The notes under the pieces were generated by a model that saw only the letters and a list, made by a program, of their open reading frames with translations, did no database searches and was not told the origin of the DNA. Shown in pieces: positions 1-11,360 of a stretch of 64,000 nt of DNA (position 1 is the stretch's first letter; every line of letters starts with the position of its first letter). Both the position numbers and the translations under genes were made by a program. This DNA comes from an uncultured Gemmatimonadales bacterium (GTDB taxonomy: Bacteria; Gemmatimonadota; Gemmatimonadetes; Gemmatimonadales; Gemmatimonadaceae): contig CAWBZV010000009.1 of the NCBI GenBank assembly GCA_963793305.1, positions 22,048-86,047 of the forward strand. The letters are read 5' to 3'.

Positions 1-831
1 GACGCCGAGAAACCGCCTCACCTCGGGATCAGCGCTGGTGAGGCCCTGCGCGACGTTCGCCTCCGTGAGGCCCAGCTCCTCGGCCTCGACGGGTGCGCGG
101 AACACCCAATTTACGATCTCGAACCATTGGTCATCGCCGGCCCGGACGACGGGAGCGATGGGTTCTTTGGAGATAAAGTCGGGAAGAACCAGATAGTCCC
201 CGGGATGCTGTAACATCGACCGTGTCGTCGCGAGTCCCGCGAAGTCCTGGGTGAGTGCGTCACATCGTCCCGCCGCCAACGCGGCGACTGCGCCGCGCAT
301 GTCCTCGATGACGACGGGCCGGAACGTGATCCCATTCTTGCGAGCAAAATCCGCGAGGTTGAGCTCAGTCGTCGTCCCTTGCTGGACACACACGGTGGCG
401 CCATCGAGCCCCGCCGCCTTGGTCACCTTCGACGCCCGAGGGACCAAGAATCCCTGGCCATCGTAGAGATAGATCGGTCCAAAATGAAACGGTCGCTGCA
501 ACGCCCGACTCGACGTTATCGTCGTGCCGTTGGCGAGGATATCGACCTCGCCCGACAGTATGCCAGAGAATCGTTGTTGTTGAGTATACGGCAGGAACAC
601 GGCCTTCGACGGATCGTTGAACAACGCGACCGCCACGGCGCGGCAGAAGTCCACGTCGAACCCATGCCACTGTCCGGCGTCATCAGGCGTCGCGAAGCCG
701 GTGCCCGGCGTAATCCCACATTTCACGGTGCCGCGAGCGCGCACGGCCTTGAGCGTCGATCCGCCGCCCGGCGTGGCGGACCCGTTCGCGCAGGCCGCCA
801 AGAATACGATGACACCCCAGAGAAGCTTCAC
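1..831 (-). CDS. aapJ: General L-amino-acid ABC transporter substrate-binding lipoprotein (runs off left edge)
   Basis: Manual translation from GTG 831 (GTGA overlap with metC stop): VKLLWGVIVFLAAC..STLKAVRARGTVKCG..GFDVDFCRAVA..YLYDGQGFLV..ATVCVQQGTTTELNLADF..ISKEP, typical AapJ/BztA motifs. Absent from the ORF track. Confidence 0.85.
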   Translation of the reverse strand, partial: MKLLWGVIVFLAACANGSATPGGGSTLKAVRARGTVKCGITPGTGFATPDDAGQWHGFDVDFCRAVAVALFNDPSKAVFLPYTQQQRFSGILSGEVDILANGTTITSSRALQRPFHFGPIYLYDGQGFLVPRASKVTKAAGLDGATVCVQQGTTTELNLADFARKNGITFRPVVIEDMRGAVAALAAGRCDALTQDFAGLATTRSMLQHPGDYLVLPDFISKEPIAPVVRAGDDQWFEIVNWVFRAPVEAEELGLTEANVAQGLTSADPEVRRFLGV

Positions 832-1976
832 CCGAGGGCCTGTTCGAGATCCGCGATGAGATCATCGGGGTCTTCGAGCCCGACGTGAAGCCGCAAATAT
901 GGCCCTTCCGTGCTCCACTTCGTCGCCGTGCGGTATGGTCCCGGGTCAACGGGAATGGCCAAGCTCTCAAAGCCACCGAAGCTGACGCCCATGCGGAATA
1001 GTCGCAGCCTGTTCATCACGGTATCAATCGCCCGCGGCTTGAGATGCAGGCCGAACAACCCGCTCGCACCCCGAAAGTCCCGCTTCCAGACGGCATGCCC
1101 CGGATCGTCAGCCAATGCCGGATATCGCACTCGCACAACGTCAGGCCGCGCCCGCAGCCACTCGGCGACGCGCACCGTGCTTTGAAAATGCCGGTCGAGC
1201 CGAACGCCAAGCGTACGCAGCCCGCGCAGGGCGAGGTAGGCGTCGTCCGAGCTAACGCAGAAGCCAAGCTCCGCGACGGCCGAGCGAATGCAATGATACA
1301 GGGCTTCGGTCGTCGTGATGCTCCCCATCATGACGTTGGCATGACCACCGATGTACTTCGTGACCGCCTGAATCGAGACATCGACCCCGTGCGCGAGGGG
1401 GGAGAAGAAGTACGGGCTGGCCCAGGTGTTGTCCTTAAGCACGGTGATCCCGCGCTCGTGGGCGACTCGGGCGATCGCCGGGACGTCCTGTACCTCGAAC
1501 GTCATCGACCCTGGCGATTCGAGAAAGACGACCCGCGTGTTGTCGCGGATCAGCGAGGCAATGTTTTCCCCGATCAGCGGATCATAGTAGGTCGTGGTCA
1601 CGCCATACCGCGCGAGCGTGCGATCGCAGAACCGGCGCGTCGACGGATACGCCGTATCGACCATCAACAAGTGATCGCCGCTCGCGAGCATGGCCTGGAG
1701 CGCGGCCGTCACCGCGGCGAGCCCGGACGGCAGCAGCATGGCGCGATATCCGCCTTCCACAGCCGCGATGGCTTGTTCGAGCGCGAACGTGGTCGGCGTG
1801 CCGAGCTGACCATAGAGCACGTCGTCGAACCGCCGCGCCGGATTTCGCGACGCCTCGAAGTCGGCCAGGGTAGGGAACAGGATGGTCGAGAATCGATAGA
1901 CCGGCGGATTGACGGCGCCATGCCGGTCCTCCGGATCGCCGCCCGCGTGCGCCAGCAACGTATCGATGTGGGTCAT
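828..1976 (-). CDS. metC: Cystathionine beta-lyase (Cys/Met PLP enzyme)
   Basis: AVNPPVYRFST, YGQLGTPT, FLESPGS, DNTWASP, TKYIGGH, SFGGFESL, RLHVGLED. Start set at MTHIDT. Confidence 0.9.
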   Translation of the reverse strand: MTHIDTLLAHAGGDPEDRHGAVNPPVYRFSTILFPTLADFEASRNPARRFDDVLYGQLGTPTTFALEQAIAAVEGGYRAMLLPSGLAAVTAALQAMLASGDHLLMVDTAYPSTRRFCDRTLARYGVTTTYYDPLIGENIASLIRDNTRVVFLESPGSMTFEVQDVPAIARVAHERGITVLKDNTWASPYFFSPLAHGVDVSIQAVTKYIGGHANVMMGSITTTEALYHCIRSAVAELGFCVSSDDAYLALRGLRTLGVRLDRHFQSTVRVAEWLRARPDVVRVRYPALADDPGHAVWKRDFRGASGLFGLHLKPRAIDTVMNRLRLFRMGVSFGGFESLAIPVDPGPYRTATKWSTEGPYLRLHVGLEDPDDLIADLEQALG

Positions 1977-3281
1977 CGGCCTCTCAGCGCATCGAGCGCG
2001 CCGCGCGCGTCCGCGGCGCCCGACGCCCCACGCGCGTCGAGGACCGCCGCGTAGTGCTTCCACGCCCAGATGTTGCGCGGCCGTCGCGTGGTGCGTTCGG
2101 CCAGGAGCTCCGTCGCCGTGTCGAGCCGTCGGCCTTTCCAGGCGGCGTCGATGAGGAGCTGGTCGAAAAGATCGCGCTGCGCATGACTGCCCCCAATGCG
2201 CCGAAATTCTCGCCGTACCGGCACGAGCAGGTCGACGACGTCGTCGTACGCGCCACGCCGGTGCGCCAACACGGCGCGCGCGAGGGGCAGCCCAACATCC
2301 GCCATCACCGTGGCCTCGGTGCCGCTTTCGGCCGCGAACTGCTCGCACGATGCGAGAAATGCATCGGACTCACCGATCGCCGCGAGCGCCATCACATAGT
2401 GGAGGTCGGCGAAAACGAGCGAGTGATCCCGATGGTGGCCTCGGGCCCAGTCCGCCAATTCCCGCCACCGCGTCCCGACATCGACCCCGGCTTGCTCCAG
2501 TCGCCACAAGAGCGACACCGCGTTGGTGATATCGAGGTATTCGTCCGTCGACTGCCGCCGAATCTCCCGATCGTAGAGCTCGAGCACCTGGGCATGCTGT
2601 TCGAGGTCCAGGCGAAACAGGCCCTCGTGCCATCGCAGAATGCAACGCGAAGTTGCCGCATCCCTCCCATTGGTCTCGGAGTCCCGCGATCCAGCCGAGG
2701 CCATCGTGCAATCGCCCCTGCATCTCGGCGACATGCGTGACCGCGTGCGCGGCCCAAATATCCTGGCGATTGAGCTCGATGGCCTTTCGCCCCATCTCCT
2801 CGGCCTGCGCATAGTCGCCGGCTTCTTCGAGGCCGTACGCGTAGCACCCCAATACGTAGCCATACCCCGGGACCGAGGCATCCCACGCGGGCAACGCCCG
2901 CGCGATGGTGTAGCGCATGCGTTGGCTCTCGCCGAGGTACGAGAGGACAAACTGCGACACCCGGAGCGCGAGGACGTCGCGCGGGAACTCGGTCAGCAGC
3001 ACATCCCAATGCCCGGCCGCCTCACGCATCTCTCCGCGCGTCCACGCCTCGAGCGCCGCGACGTGTAACTGCTCTTGGCGCGACCGCGTGACGACACCCT
3101 CCGCGCGCCGGAGCGAAGCGACGGCGAGCGATCGCAGCTCCCGCTTGCTGGCCATCATGGACAAATACCCGTCGAGGCAGTGCGCCAGCGCGCAATCGGG
3201 ATCTGCCCGCAGGTACTCGGCGAGGCGCTCGCGGGTATCGGCGCGTGCACCGAGGAACGCCTCGATGACGCGCTCGATCAT
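1973..3281 (-). CDS. TTC38-like tetratricopeptide repeat protein (frameshift ~2640)
   Basis: N-part (FPRDVLAL, YAYGLEEAG, DIWAAHAVTHV) and C-part (WHEGLF, SLLWRLE, IGGSHAQRDLF) lie in two frames joined by one extra T. Confidence 0.8.
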
Positions 3282-4255
3282 GTGATCCAGTAACGGACGA
3301 TCGGGTCGCCGGTGTTGACGACTTTGTGCGTCCAGATTAATCCGGCCAGACCCGCGCCGGGCGATGACACCCGTTCGACCACGTCGCCAAACACGTTCAC
3401 GATCTCGGCGAGCACCTGGCCAGCCCTGATCGTGTCGCCAATCGCGACCTTGAGGCGGACGAGCCCGGAGCGCTGCACGCGGACCACCGTTCGACTGCGC
3501 GCGGCCAAGCGCGGCCCGTCCTGCACGCGACCATCGATCATGCCGAGGTGCCGCATGACATTCTCCGCGCCCTCCAGGTGCGTCTGTACGTCCCGCTCGT
3601 CGAGCGTCCCGTTCCCCCCGGCCTCGGCCAGGATCGACACGACGCCCAGGCGCGTGGCCGCGTAGTTCAGGGACCCGGGAAATGGCGGCAGCGCGCTGTC
3701 GTCGGTCGACAAGGAGATAAGCCGTGGGGTAAATGCCCGCGCCAGCGCTTCGCCCTGGGCGTCGAGCTCGCGCTGCCCGGTGAGCGAATACCCGGCGAAC
3801 GGAAGGAGCTGTTCGCCCAGGTCGCCGGCGTGAAAGTCAATGTGATACTGCGCGGTGGCGATGACCTCCCGCAAGAGGATATCCGCGAGCATCTCCGAGA
3901 TCGAGCCGTCCTGACGCCCGGGCGCGATCCGGTTGAGGTTGAGCCCGTCGAGTGGCGAGGTAAACCCCGTGCGATGCTCGAACATCCGCATGTTCGTCAC
4001 CGGCACCCCGATTACGGCCCCGCGGAGCCGCTCCGGATCGAGCATGCGGAGCAATCGCATGACGGCATCGATCGGCGCGTACTCGGTGGCGTGCACGCCG
4101 GCGGTCACGCACAGGACTGGCCCATCCTCGCGGCCGTTGATCAGCACCAGGGGGATCCGGAGGGGGCCGCTCGCGGTCTCTCCGATCGTCAGCCACCCCT
4201 GCGTCTTCGCTCCGCGCTCGGCGGATATATCCCGAACGTGGATCCGCGCGCTCAT
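3278..4255 (-). CDS. Succinylglutamate desuccinylase/aspartoacylase (M14) family protein
   Basis: TAGVHATEY, NLNRIAPG, IDFHAGD, AEAGG, C-terminal biotinyl-like barrel. ATGA overlap with upstream gene. Confidence 0.85.
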   Translation of the reverse strand: MSARIHVRDISAERGAKTQGWLTIGETASGPLRIPLVLINGREDGPVLCVTAGVHATEYAPIDAVMRLLRMLDPERLRGAVIGVPVTNMRMFEHRTGFTSPLDGLNLNRIAPGRQDGSISEMLADILLREVIATAQYHIDFHAGDLGEQLLPFAGYSLTGQRELDAQGEALARAFTPRLISLSTDDSALPPFPGSLNYAATRLGVVSILAEAGGNGTLDERDVQTHLEGAENVMRHLGMIDGRVQDGPRLAARSRTVVRVQRSGLVRLKVAIGDTIRAGQVLAEIVNVFGDVVERVSSPGAGLAGLIWTHKVVNTGDPIVRYWIT

Positions 4256-5367
4256 TGCTGCGCGGCGCGCATCGCCTCGGCCACACGGCGGACGCCCTCG
4301 TCGATCTCCTCGTGCGTGGCGTGGCTGAATGCCAGACGGACGTGATGCTTGGGGCCGGGGTTGGCGAAGAACTTGCTGCCGGCGATGATCGCGACACCGT
4401 TCGCCGCCGCGCATGCCGCAACTCTATCCCCATCGGTCCCCGCCGGCAGCGCCGCCCACACATAGTATCCGCCGTGGGGGCGCACGAACGACGCTTCCGG
4501 GAGCTCCCGCTCGATCGCCGCCACCATACGATCGCGATTGGCGCGATAGGTCGCTTGCACGCGGGTGATATGATCCGGTAGTCGGTCGGCCCCCAAAAAC
4601 TCGAGAATAATCCGCTGCGTGAGCGGACACGATCCGGCGTCGGTTTTGAGCTGCGCCATCCGCGCGATCATCGATGGGGCCGCCGCGGCCCAACCGATCC
4701 GCAAGCCAGGAGCCATCAACTTGGAGAAGGTGCCGAGTTGGATGACGCTATCCCCCCCCAGCGCCTTGAGCGACGGCGGCAGGGTTCCCTCGAATCGTAC
4801 CTCTCTATAGGGGCTGTCTTCGACGATCACGATGCCGTGGCGTTCGGCATAATCAATGAGCGCCTGACGGCGCTCGATCGACATCGTAATGCCCGTGGGA
4901 TTGTGAAAATCGGGCACGTTGTAGATGAATTTCGGCGTCTTGGACAACATGCTGACGTTGAGCCCCTGATCATCGTGCGGGATCTCGACAAACGTCGCGC
5001 CGAAGCTCTTGATGATGGGGATGGCGCTGAAATACGTCGGCGCGGTCACCGCGACCGTGTCGCCCTCATCGAGCAGCAGTCGACAGACGAGCTCCAAGGC
5101 GTGCTTGGCCCCGTTCGTCACGAGAATGTGCTCGGCCGAAAGCCCCGGGTGCGTATAACCGGCCATCCACGCCCGCAAATCCGGCAACCCCGCGCGCGGC
5201 GCATACTGCAGGGTCTCGGCGCGGTACCGTGTGAGGGCGATGTCCGCCTCGCGCGTGAGATCGGGGAGCACCCCCGGGAAGGCATGTCCGGAGTCGAATC
5301 CGATGGCGCCGGCGGGGACCGATGCCTGTAGAGTCGGCGCCAGGCGCTCGGCGCGACGGGCGTACAT
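4252..5367 (-). CDS. PLP-dependent aminotransferase class I/II (LysN/ARO8-like)
   Basis: PDFHNPTG, EDSPY, GTFSKLMAPGLRIGW. GGAGG upstream of ATG 5367. Confidence 0.85.
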   Translation of the reverse strand: MYARRAERLAPTLQASVPAGAIGFDSGHAFPGVLPDLTREADIALTRYRAETLQYAPRAGLPDLRAWMAGYTHPGLSAEHILVTNGAKHALELVCRLLLDEGDTVAVTAPTYFSAIPIIKSFGATFVEIPHDDQGLNVSMLSKTPKFIYNVPDFHNPTGITMSIERRQALIDYAERHGIVIVEDSPYREVRFEGTLPPSLKALGGDSVIQLGTFSKLMAPGLRIGWAAAAPSMIARMAQLKTDAGSCPLTQRIILEFLGADRLPDHITRVQATYRANRDRMVAAIERELPEASFVRPHGGYYVWAALPAGTDGDRVAACAAANGVAIIAGSKFFANPGPKHHVRLAFSHATHEEIDEGVRRVAEAMRAAQQ

Positions 5368-5387
5368 CCCTGGAAGCCTCCCTATTT

Positions 5388-5421
5388 GTCCGTACAAAAT
5401 CGGATGCTAATATGTACGGAC
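5388..5421. promoter_or_regulatory. Putative GntR (HutC-type) operator, inverted repeat GTCCGTACA-N16-TGTACGGAC
   Basis: Perfect 9-bp inverted repeat between gntR and the aminotransferase start. Confidence 0.65.
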
Positions 5422-5434
5422 CTAAGCACCGCGG

Positions 5435-6181
5435 TCAAGTCCGAACGAGGCTCGTCACATACGTAAACCGATCGCCTGGATGGATCGCGCTCGACAGCTC
5501 GATCAGGGGGCCCGCTTCCTGGTAATAGCGGCGAATGGCGCGCAGGGCCGGACTCCCCGGCTCGGCGCGCAACAGCGCGGCTTGCCGCCGGCCCAGCCGG
5601 ATCGCCTGGATGCTCTGCTCGACGCGGGCGATCCGAATGCCGTAGACCTGCTCCAGCATGGCGGAGATCGGGCCCGTGACGTGGCCCAGGCGTTGGCCGA
5701 TATCCGGAAGCCCGGCATCGACGTACGCCGTCGTCATGCAGATCGGCCGCGGGTCGTCCGGCACGGTTCTGAGGCTCGTGACCTTGAGCCACGCATGGCC
5801 CTCGCGGCACTCGAGCAACCCGGCCAAGGGCGCATCGCAGATGACCCGGCGCTCCGACAGGGTCTCGATCCGCGTGTTCTCGCCGTATTGCAGGAGGTCG
5901 CTGATGGCGTTCGTCGGCTGCCGGTAGCTCACCGGCCGCACCTGCGCGACGACCTCGGTCCCGGTCTTTCGCCGGCGAGAGATCAAGCCTGCATCCCTGA
6001 CCAGGCGCAGCGCCTCCCGCACGGTGGACCGACTCGCCGCGTAATGCGCGCAGAGCTCCATCTCCGTGGGGAGGAGACCACCCACGGGGTACACGCTCGC
6101 CCCGATTTGCGCGACGAGCTCGTCGGCGATCTGCTGATAGCGCGGCAGGTCCGCGCGCCACGGCTTCCGGGTCGCTTTCAC
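5435..6181 (-). CDS. GntR/HutC family transcriptional regulator (wHTH + UTRA)
   Basis: [31 protein letters not shown] plus UTRA-like C-terminus. Confidence 0.9.
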   Translation of the reverse strand: MKATRKPWRADLPRYQQIADELVAQIGASVYPVGGLLPTEMELCAHYAASRSTVREALRLVRDAGLISRRRKTGTEVVAQVRPVSYRQPTNAISDLLQYGENTRIETLSERRVICDAPLAGLLECREGHAWLKVTSLRTVPDDPRPICMTTAYVDAGLPDIGQRLGHVTGPISAMLEQVYGIRIARVEQSIQAIRLGRRQAALLRAEPGSPALRAIRRYYQEAGPLIELSSAIHPGDRFTYVTSLVRT

Positions 6182-6903
6182 GCGAGCATCTTGGACAGAA
6201 ACTCCTTCGCGCGCGGGGTGCTGGGAGTCGTGAAGAACGATGCCGTGGCAACGTCCTCGACAATCCGGCCATGATCCATAAACAACACCCGGTCAGCCAC
6301 CTGGCGCGCAAACCCCATTTCGTGCGTGACCACGATCATCGTCATGCCATCCCGTGCCAGCACCGCCATGACATCGAGCACCTCGCTGATCATCTCGGGA
6401 TCGAGCGCCGACGTCGGCTCATCGAACAGCATGGCCACGGGATCCATGGCCAGTGCACGGGCGATGGCGATCCGTTGCTGCTGTCCGCCGGAGAGGGCCG
6501 ACGGATACTTGTGCGCATGCGCGGTCAGGCCAACCCGGTCCAGCAAGGCCATCGTTCGCCCGGTCGCCGTCGCGGCGTCGCGCTTCAGCACGTGCAATTG
6601 CGCGAGATTGATATTGTCGAGCACCGTCCGATGCGGAAACAGCTCGAAGCTCTGAAACACCATGCCGACCCGCGACCGGAGTGTCGACAGGTTCGCGCCC
6701 GGGGCTCCGACCGACAGGCCATCGACGAGGATCTCGCCCCCGTCGAACGTCTCCAGGCGATTGATGCAGCGAATGAGGGTGCTCTTGCCGGCCCCCAATG
6801 GGCCGCAGAGCACGACGACGGAACCCGTCGCGATCGTGGCGGTGCAACCATCGAGAACACGAACATCGCCGTACGACTTCGTGACGTTGCGTATCTCGAT
6901 CAT
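6178..6903 (-). CDS. Polar amino-acid ABC transporter ATP-binding protein (GlnQ-like)
   Basis: [38 protein letters not shown]. Start MIEIRNV. Confidence 0.9.
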   Translation of the reverse strand: MIEIRNVTKSYGDVRVLDGCTATIATGSVVVLCGPLGAGKSTLIRCINRLETFDGGEILVDGLSVGAPGANLSTLRSRVGMVFQSFELFPHRTVLDNINLAQLHVLKRDAATATGRTMALLDRVGLTAHAHKYPSALSGGQQQRIAIARALAMDPVAMLFDEPTSALDPEMISEVLDVMAVLARDGMTMIVVTHEMGFARQVADRVLFMDHGRIVEDVATASFFTTPSTPRAKEFLSKMLA

Positions 6904-6918
6904 GAGGAAAAATGACGC

Positions 6919-8157
6919 ATGGCGACTGTCAGGGCTAGAGCGGCAACCCTGCTCCTCCTCCTCTCGCCGAGTCTCGCGAGAGCGCAGGTCGTGCTGGTGC
7001 CGAGTCGCGTGTTCGACGCACCCAATGGAACGACGCACGAAGGTTGGGTTGTCGTCATGCAAGGCGCCCGCATCACGGCGGTGGGCCCACGCTCGAGCGT
7101 CGCGACGCCCGCCGGCGCCCGCCAGATCGATCTGCCGGGTACGACGTTGCTCCCGGGTCTGATCGACGCGCATTCACACCTGTTCCTGCACCCATACACC
7201 GAGGCGCCATACGCGGACCAGGTGCTCAAGGAGCCACTCGCGCTGCGCGTGGCCCGGGCAACCGTGGCGGCCCGGCGAACCCTGATGGCCGGCTTCACCA
7301 CGCTCCGGGACCTTGGCACCGAAGGGGCAGGCGACGCCGACGTAGGTCTCAAACAGGCGATCGAGCAAGGCATCATCCCCGGCCCGCGTCTCCTGATCGC
7401 GACGCGGGCCATCGGCGCAACCGGGTCGTACGGACCTCACGGATATGCGTTCGACGTTCCGCAGGGCGTCGAGGAGGCCGACGGCGTGGACGGCGTGACG
7501 CACGTCGCGCGGGAGCAGATCGGTCGGGGAGCAGACTGGATCAAGATCTACGCCGACGGCTCCGACGGTCCGACGTTCTCGCTCGACGAAATACGAGCGG
7601 CGGTGGACGTTGGCCGACCGGTCGCCGCGCATGCGCGCACCACCGAAGGCGTGCGTCGCGCCATCATGGCTGGGGTCACCACGATCGAGCACGCCGACCT
7701 GGCGACGCCGGAAGAGTTCACGCTCATGGCGCAGCGCGGGATCCCGCTCTGTCCGACACTGGGCGGGCGCGAGGCGGGCTTCCTGCGGAATGGGTGGAAG
7801 AAAGGCGTCGACACGATGCCCGGCGCGATCGCGCGCTATCACCAGACGTTCGCCGCGGCCCGCGCGGCGGGCGTGACGATCTGCAACGGCAGCGACGTCG
7901 GCGCGTTCCCGCACGGCGACAACGCCCACGAGCTGGAGCTCCTCGTCGAGTACGGGATGACGCCAACCGAGGCGCTCCAGGCGGCCACGGTCGTCGATGC
8001 CAAGGTATTGCACCTGACCGACCGCGGCGCCATCGCGCCCGGTCTGCTCGCCGACCTCGTCGCCGTCGACGGCGATCCGACGCGGGACATTCACGCCCTG
8101 CGTCATGTCCATCTCGTCGTCAAAGGCGGCGAGATACTCTCCCTCTCGCTCCCATGA
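6919..8157 (+). CDS. Secreted metal-dependent amidohydrolase (Xaa-Pro dipeptidase-like)
   Basis: Signal peptide, [49 protein letters not shown]. Confidence 0.88.
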   Translation: MATVRARAATLLLLLSPSLARAQVVLVPSRVFDAPNGTTHEGWVVVMQGARITAVGPRSSVATPAGARQIDLPGTTLLPGLIDAHSHLFLHPYTEAPYADQVLKEPLALRVARATVAARRTLMAGFTTLRDLGTEGAGDADVGLKQAIEQGIIPGPRLLIATRAIGATGSYGPHGYAFDVPQGVEEADGVDGVTHVAREQIGRGADWIKIYADGSDGPTFSLDEIRAAVDVGRPVAAHARTTEGVRRAIMAGVTTIEHADLATPEEFTLMAQRGIPLCPTLGGREAGFLRNGWKKGVDTMPGAIARYHQTFAAARAAGVTICNGSDVGAFPHGDNAHELELLVEYGMTPTEALQAATVVDAKVLHLTDRGAIAPGLLADLVAVDGDPTRDIHALRHVHLVVKGGEILSLSLP

Positions 8158-10101
8158 TCCTTCCGCTGCTCTTCCTGTTGCAACAACAGCCCATGACGTT
8201 CCGAGGACGTCATGTCCTTGCGCTCACTCGGTGGCCTGAGCCTCTCGCCCGACGGGCGCTCGATCGCGTACGCGGTGAGCGCCTGGGATCGCAGTGGCGA
8301 TAAACCGGCGCGCCGCAGCCATGTGTGGCTCGTGTCGAGTGACGGCGGCACGCCCAAGCAACTCACGTTCGGCGAGCACGGTGAATCGAGCCCGCGATGG
8401 TCGCCGGACGGGAAGACCATCGCGTTTGTCGCCGCACGGGGCGAAAAGCCGCAGATCTGGCTGCTCCCGACTGACGGCGGGGAAGCACACGCGTTGACGC
8501 ATGCTAAAGAGGGTGTAGAGACCTACAGCTGGTCGCCGGATGGCACGCACATCGCCTATCTCAGCGCCGACCCAGTCGTGGCTGCCGACGAGCAAGTCTA
8601 TGAGCAGCCTACAACGCGCTCGCACCTGTGGGTGGCCGCCGTTCCATCTGGCGAGTCGCGCGAGGTCGCTCACGGTGACTTCACACTGAGCATGCTGGCC
8701 ATCGAAGGCGAGCCGCAATGGTCGCCGGACGGTACGCGCATCGCCTTCGTCGCGTCGCCGAGTGGGTTGTTGAGGGATCTGCGTGGGACCGCGTATGTAG
8801 CCACTGTAGCGACGGGCACGTTCGAGGCGATCGCGCCGGAGTACCGCTCGGCGCCGGTCGGGCTCACGCAACCCGTCTGGTCGCCCGATGGCCGCACGCT
8901 CGCGTTCACGACGTTCCCGCAGGGGAAACTCCAGGGAGACAGCATCCCGGAACCCGTACTCAACGACGGTGACATCGTCCTCTATGATGTCGCCTCGAAA
9001 CAGTCGCGGACGATCCACGACCCCACGCAGCCGGCGACGCTCACGCAGCTCCGGTGGTCGCCCGACGGCAAGTCCCTGCTGTTCGTCTCCGCCGACCACG
9101 TCTATCAGAACGTCTTCGCTTTCGACGTGGCGTCGAACCACTATCGGCGCGTGACGCACGACCAGATAATCGGGAACCTGTCGGTCTCCCGCGATGGCTC
9201 CCGCACGGCGTTCGGACTGACGACGCCACTGTCGCCCACCGACATCTACGTGAGCGACCTCACGTTCGCATCGTCCAAGCGCGTCACGACGCTCAACCCG
9301 CAGGTGGCGTCCATGGCGCTTGGCGAGACGGAAGTCGTCACGTACAAGAACGACGGGCTCGAGCTCGAGGGCATCTTGATCAAGCCGGTCGGGTATCACC
9401 CCGGTCAGCGCTATCCCCTCCTCGTCGAAGCGCACGGCGGCCCCACCGGAGCGACGCTCGACGATTTCAAGACCAATCAAGTATGGGCCGGACGTGGATG
9501 GGCGGTGTTCATGCCCAACCCCCGCGGGTCCGAGGGCTTCGGCGAGTCCTTCATGCGCGCGAACATCAACGATCTGGGCGGCGGGGACTATCGCGACATC
9601 ATGGCTGGCGTCGATGTATGTATCCGGCGCGGCATCGCCGACTCCACGCGCATGGCGTTCGAAGGGTGGAGTTACGGCGGCTACATGACCGCGTGGGTCG
9701 TCGGGCACACGGGTCGGTTCAAGGCCGCGCGCATGGGCGCCGGCATGTCCGATCTGCTCAGCATGTACGGGACGTCCGAGATCGCCGGATACATCGGACT
9801 CTTTGAAGGCGGGCGGCCGAGTGCCGCGACTCAAGAGAAGTACCGTCAGCAGTCGCCGCTGACATACGCCGATCGCGTCACCACCCCACTGCTCATTCTT
9901 CACGGCGCCAGCGACCCCCGCGTGCCTCCGGGTCAGGCGCTCGAGATGTACCGGGCACTCAAAGACCAGGGTAAACCCGTCGAGCTGGTGCTGTATCCGC
10001 GCGAGCAGCACGCGCTCGGCGAGTACGCCCACCAGGTCGATCGCATGCAGCGCGATTCGGCGTGGATCAGCCGCTATACGCTAAGGAAACAATTACAATG
10101 A
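8154..10101 (+). CDS. S9 prolyl oligopeptidase/dipeptidyl peptidase with PD40 repeats (frameshift ~8200)
   Basis: WSPDG repeats, HGGP, GWSYGG, D..V, H. The N-terminal [16 protein letters not shown] joins EDVMSLR after one extra C. Confidence 0.9.
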
Positions 10102-10105
10102 ACCC

Positions 10106-10600
10106 ATGGATGTACGAGCGGCCTGTCGCGACGATCTCCCGCGGCTGACGGAGATCTACAACCATTATGTCCTGACGACGCCGGTCACGTTCGACGTCGA
10201 GCCGTACACGGTCGAACGGCGCGTGCCGTGGTTCGAGCAATTCGCGACGACCGGCCGCTATCGGCTCTTCGTCGCCACCACCGATTCCCGCATTGTCGGC
10301 TACGCCGGCACGACGCGATTTCGTCCGAAACCGGCGTATGAGACGACCGTCGAGTCGACCATCTATTGCAGCCCCGAGTGCGTGGGCCAGGGGGTGGGCA
10401 AACTGCTTTATGGCACCCTCTTCGACGCGATCGCCGGCGAGGATGTCCATCGAGTCGTTGCTGGATACGCTCTGCCCAATCCCGCCACGGCGCGTCTCCA
10501 TGAACAGTTCGGTTTCCGACCGGTGGGCGTGTTCACGGAGAACGGCCGCAAGTTCGGCCGTTACTGGGATGTTGCGTGGGTCGAGAAGTCGATACTCTAG
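10106..10600 (+). CDS. GNAT N-acetyltransferase (Pat/YncA family)
   Basis: IYNHYV, AYETTVESTIY, GQGVGKLL, LPNPA..LHEQFGF, GRKFGRYWDV. Confidence 0.9.
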   Translation: MDVRAACRDDLPRLTEIYNHYVLTTPVTFDVEPYTVERRVPWFEQFATTGRYRLFVATTDSRIVGYAGTTRFRPKPAYETTVESTIYCSPECVGQGVGKLLYGTLFDAIAGEDVHRVVAGYALPNPATARLHEQFGFRPVGVFTENGRKFGRYWDVAWVEKSIL

Positions 10601-10646
10601 CCCCCCTGCAAACGATCTTCGCGATGCCGGTGTCTGAGCGTTATCT

Positions 10647-11360
10647 ATGCGCCCTCTCATCGCGGCCCTCACCTGCTTTCAGCAGGCCATCACGCCAGGC
10701 GATCACTCCTTGCGCGTGGAACGGATCCATCTCGGAGTCGACACGATCGTTGTGCTCGCCAAGAAACCGCATGCGGACGAGCAGCTGCTCACCACGCTGG
10801 TTCGCCGGGTCGAGCGCGACGGTGACGTTGTGCGCATCGTGCAACGGTACGAGTCGCCCGATGGCGAGTGGGAGTACGATACCGTCGAGGTGTCGGCCCG
10901 AACGCTCGCGTTGCGCCGCAGCGTCGAAGTCGGCGCCACGACGACGCGCACGCTGCAATTCGATGGCACACGACTCACGGGGACATTCGTGTCAGAGGGC
11001 GCGCCGCCGACACCGATCGACGTGAGACCAGGGCCGTTTTTCCCGGAGGCCGCGACGGAGGCGTTGCTCGCGGCGTATCCAATCGCCGGAGGCTGGGTCG
11101 TGTTTCCCGAGATGAGTGCCACGAACCTCGCCGTGAGTCTCGCCAAGCTCAGCGTCGACAGCACGGCGTCGATCGTCACAGCCGACGGCTGGATCGACTG
11201 CTTTGTCGCGCATGGCCTGGGCCAAGAGACGCTCTGGGTCGCGCGCGGCGATGGCCGGCTCGTGCGCGAGCAATGGATCGAGCGCGACGGGACAGTGATG
11301 TGGAAACTGCCCCGTCGCGACGTGCCGTTCCGCCACGAAGGCTACGTGTCCGTCAAGTAA
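10647..11360 (+). CDS. Hypothetical secreted protein
   Basis: 237-aa ORF with plausible composition, beta-rich, fills the gap. No motif recognised. Confidence 0.55.
   Translation: MRPLIAALTCFQQAITPGDHSLRVERIHLGVDTIVVLAKKPHADEQLLTTLVRRVERDGDVVRIVQRYESPDGEWEYDTVEVSARTLALRRSVEVGATTTRTLQFDGTRLTGTFVSEGAPPTPIDVRPGPFFPEAATEALLAAYPIAGGWVVFPEMSATNLAVSLAKLSVDSTASIVTADGWIDCFVAHGLGQETLWVARGDGRLVREQWIERDGTVMWKLPRRDVPFRHEGYVSVK

Noticed and set aside
7044..10032. Long overlapping or antisense ORFs (e.g. 7044-8303, 8224-10032, also 48506-49795)
   Set aside because: Shadow ORFs expected at high GC, opposite or out of frame to clear genes, with Arg/Pro-rich or mirror composition.
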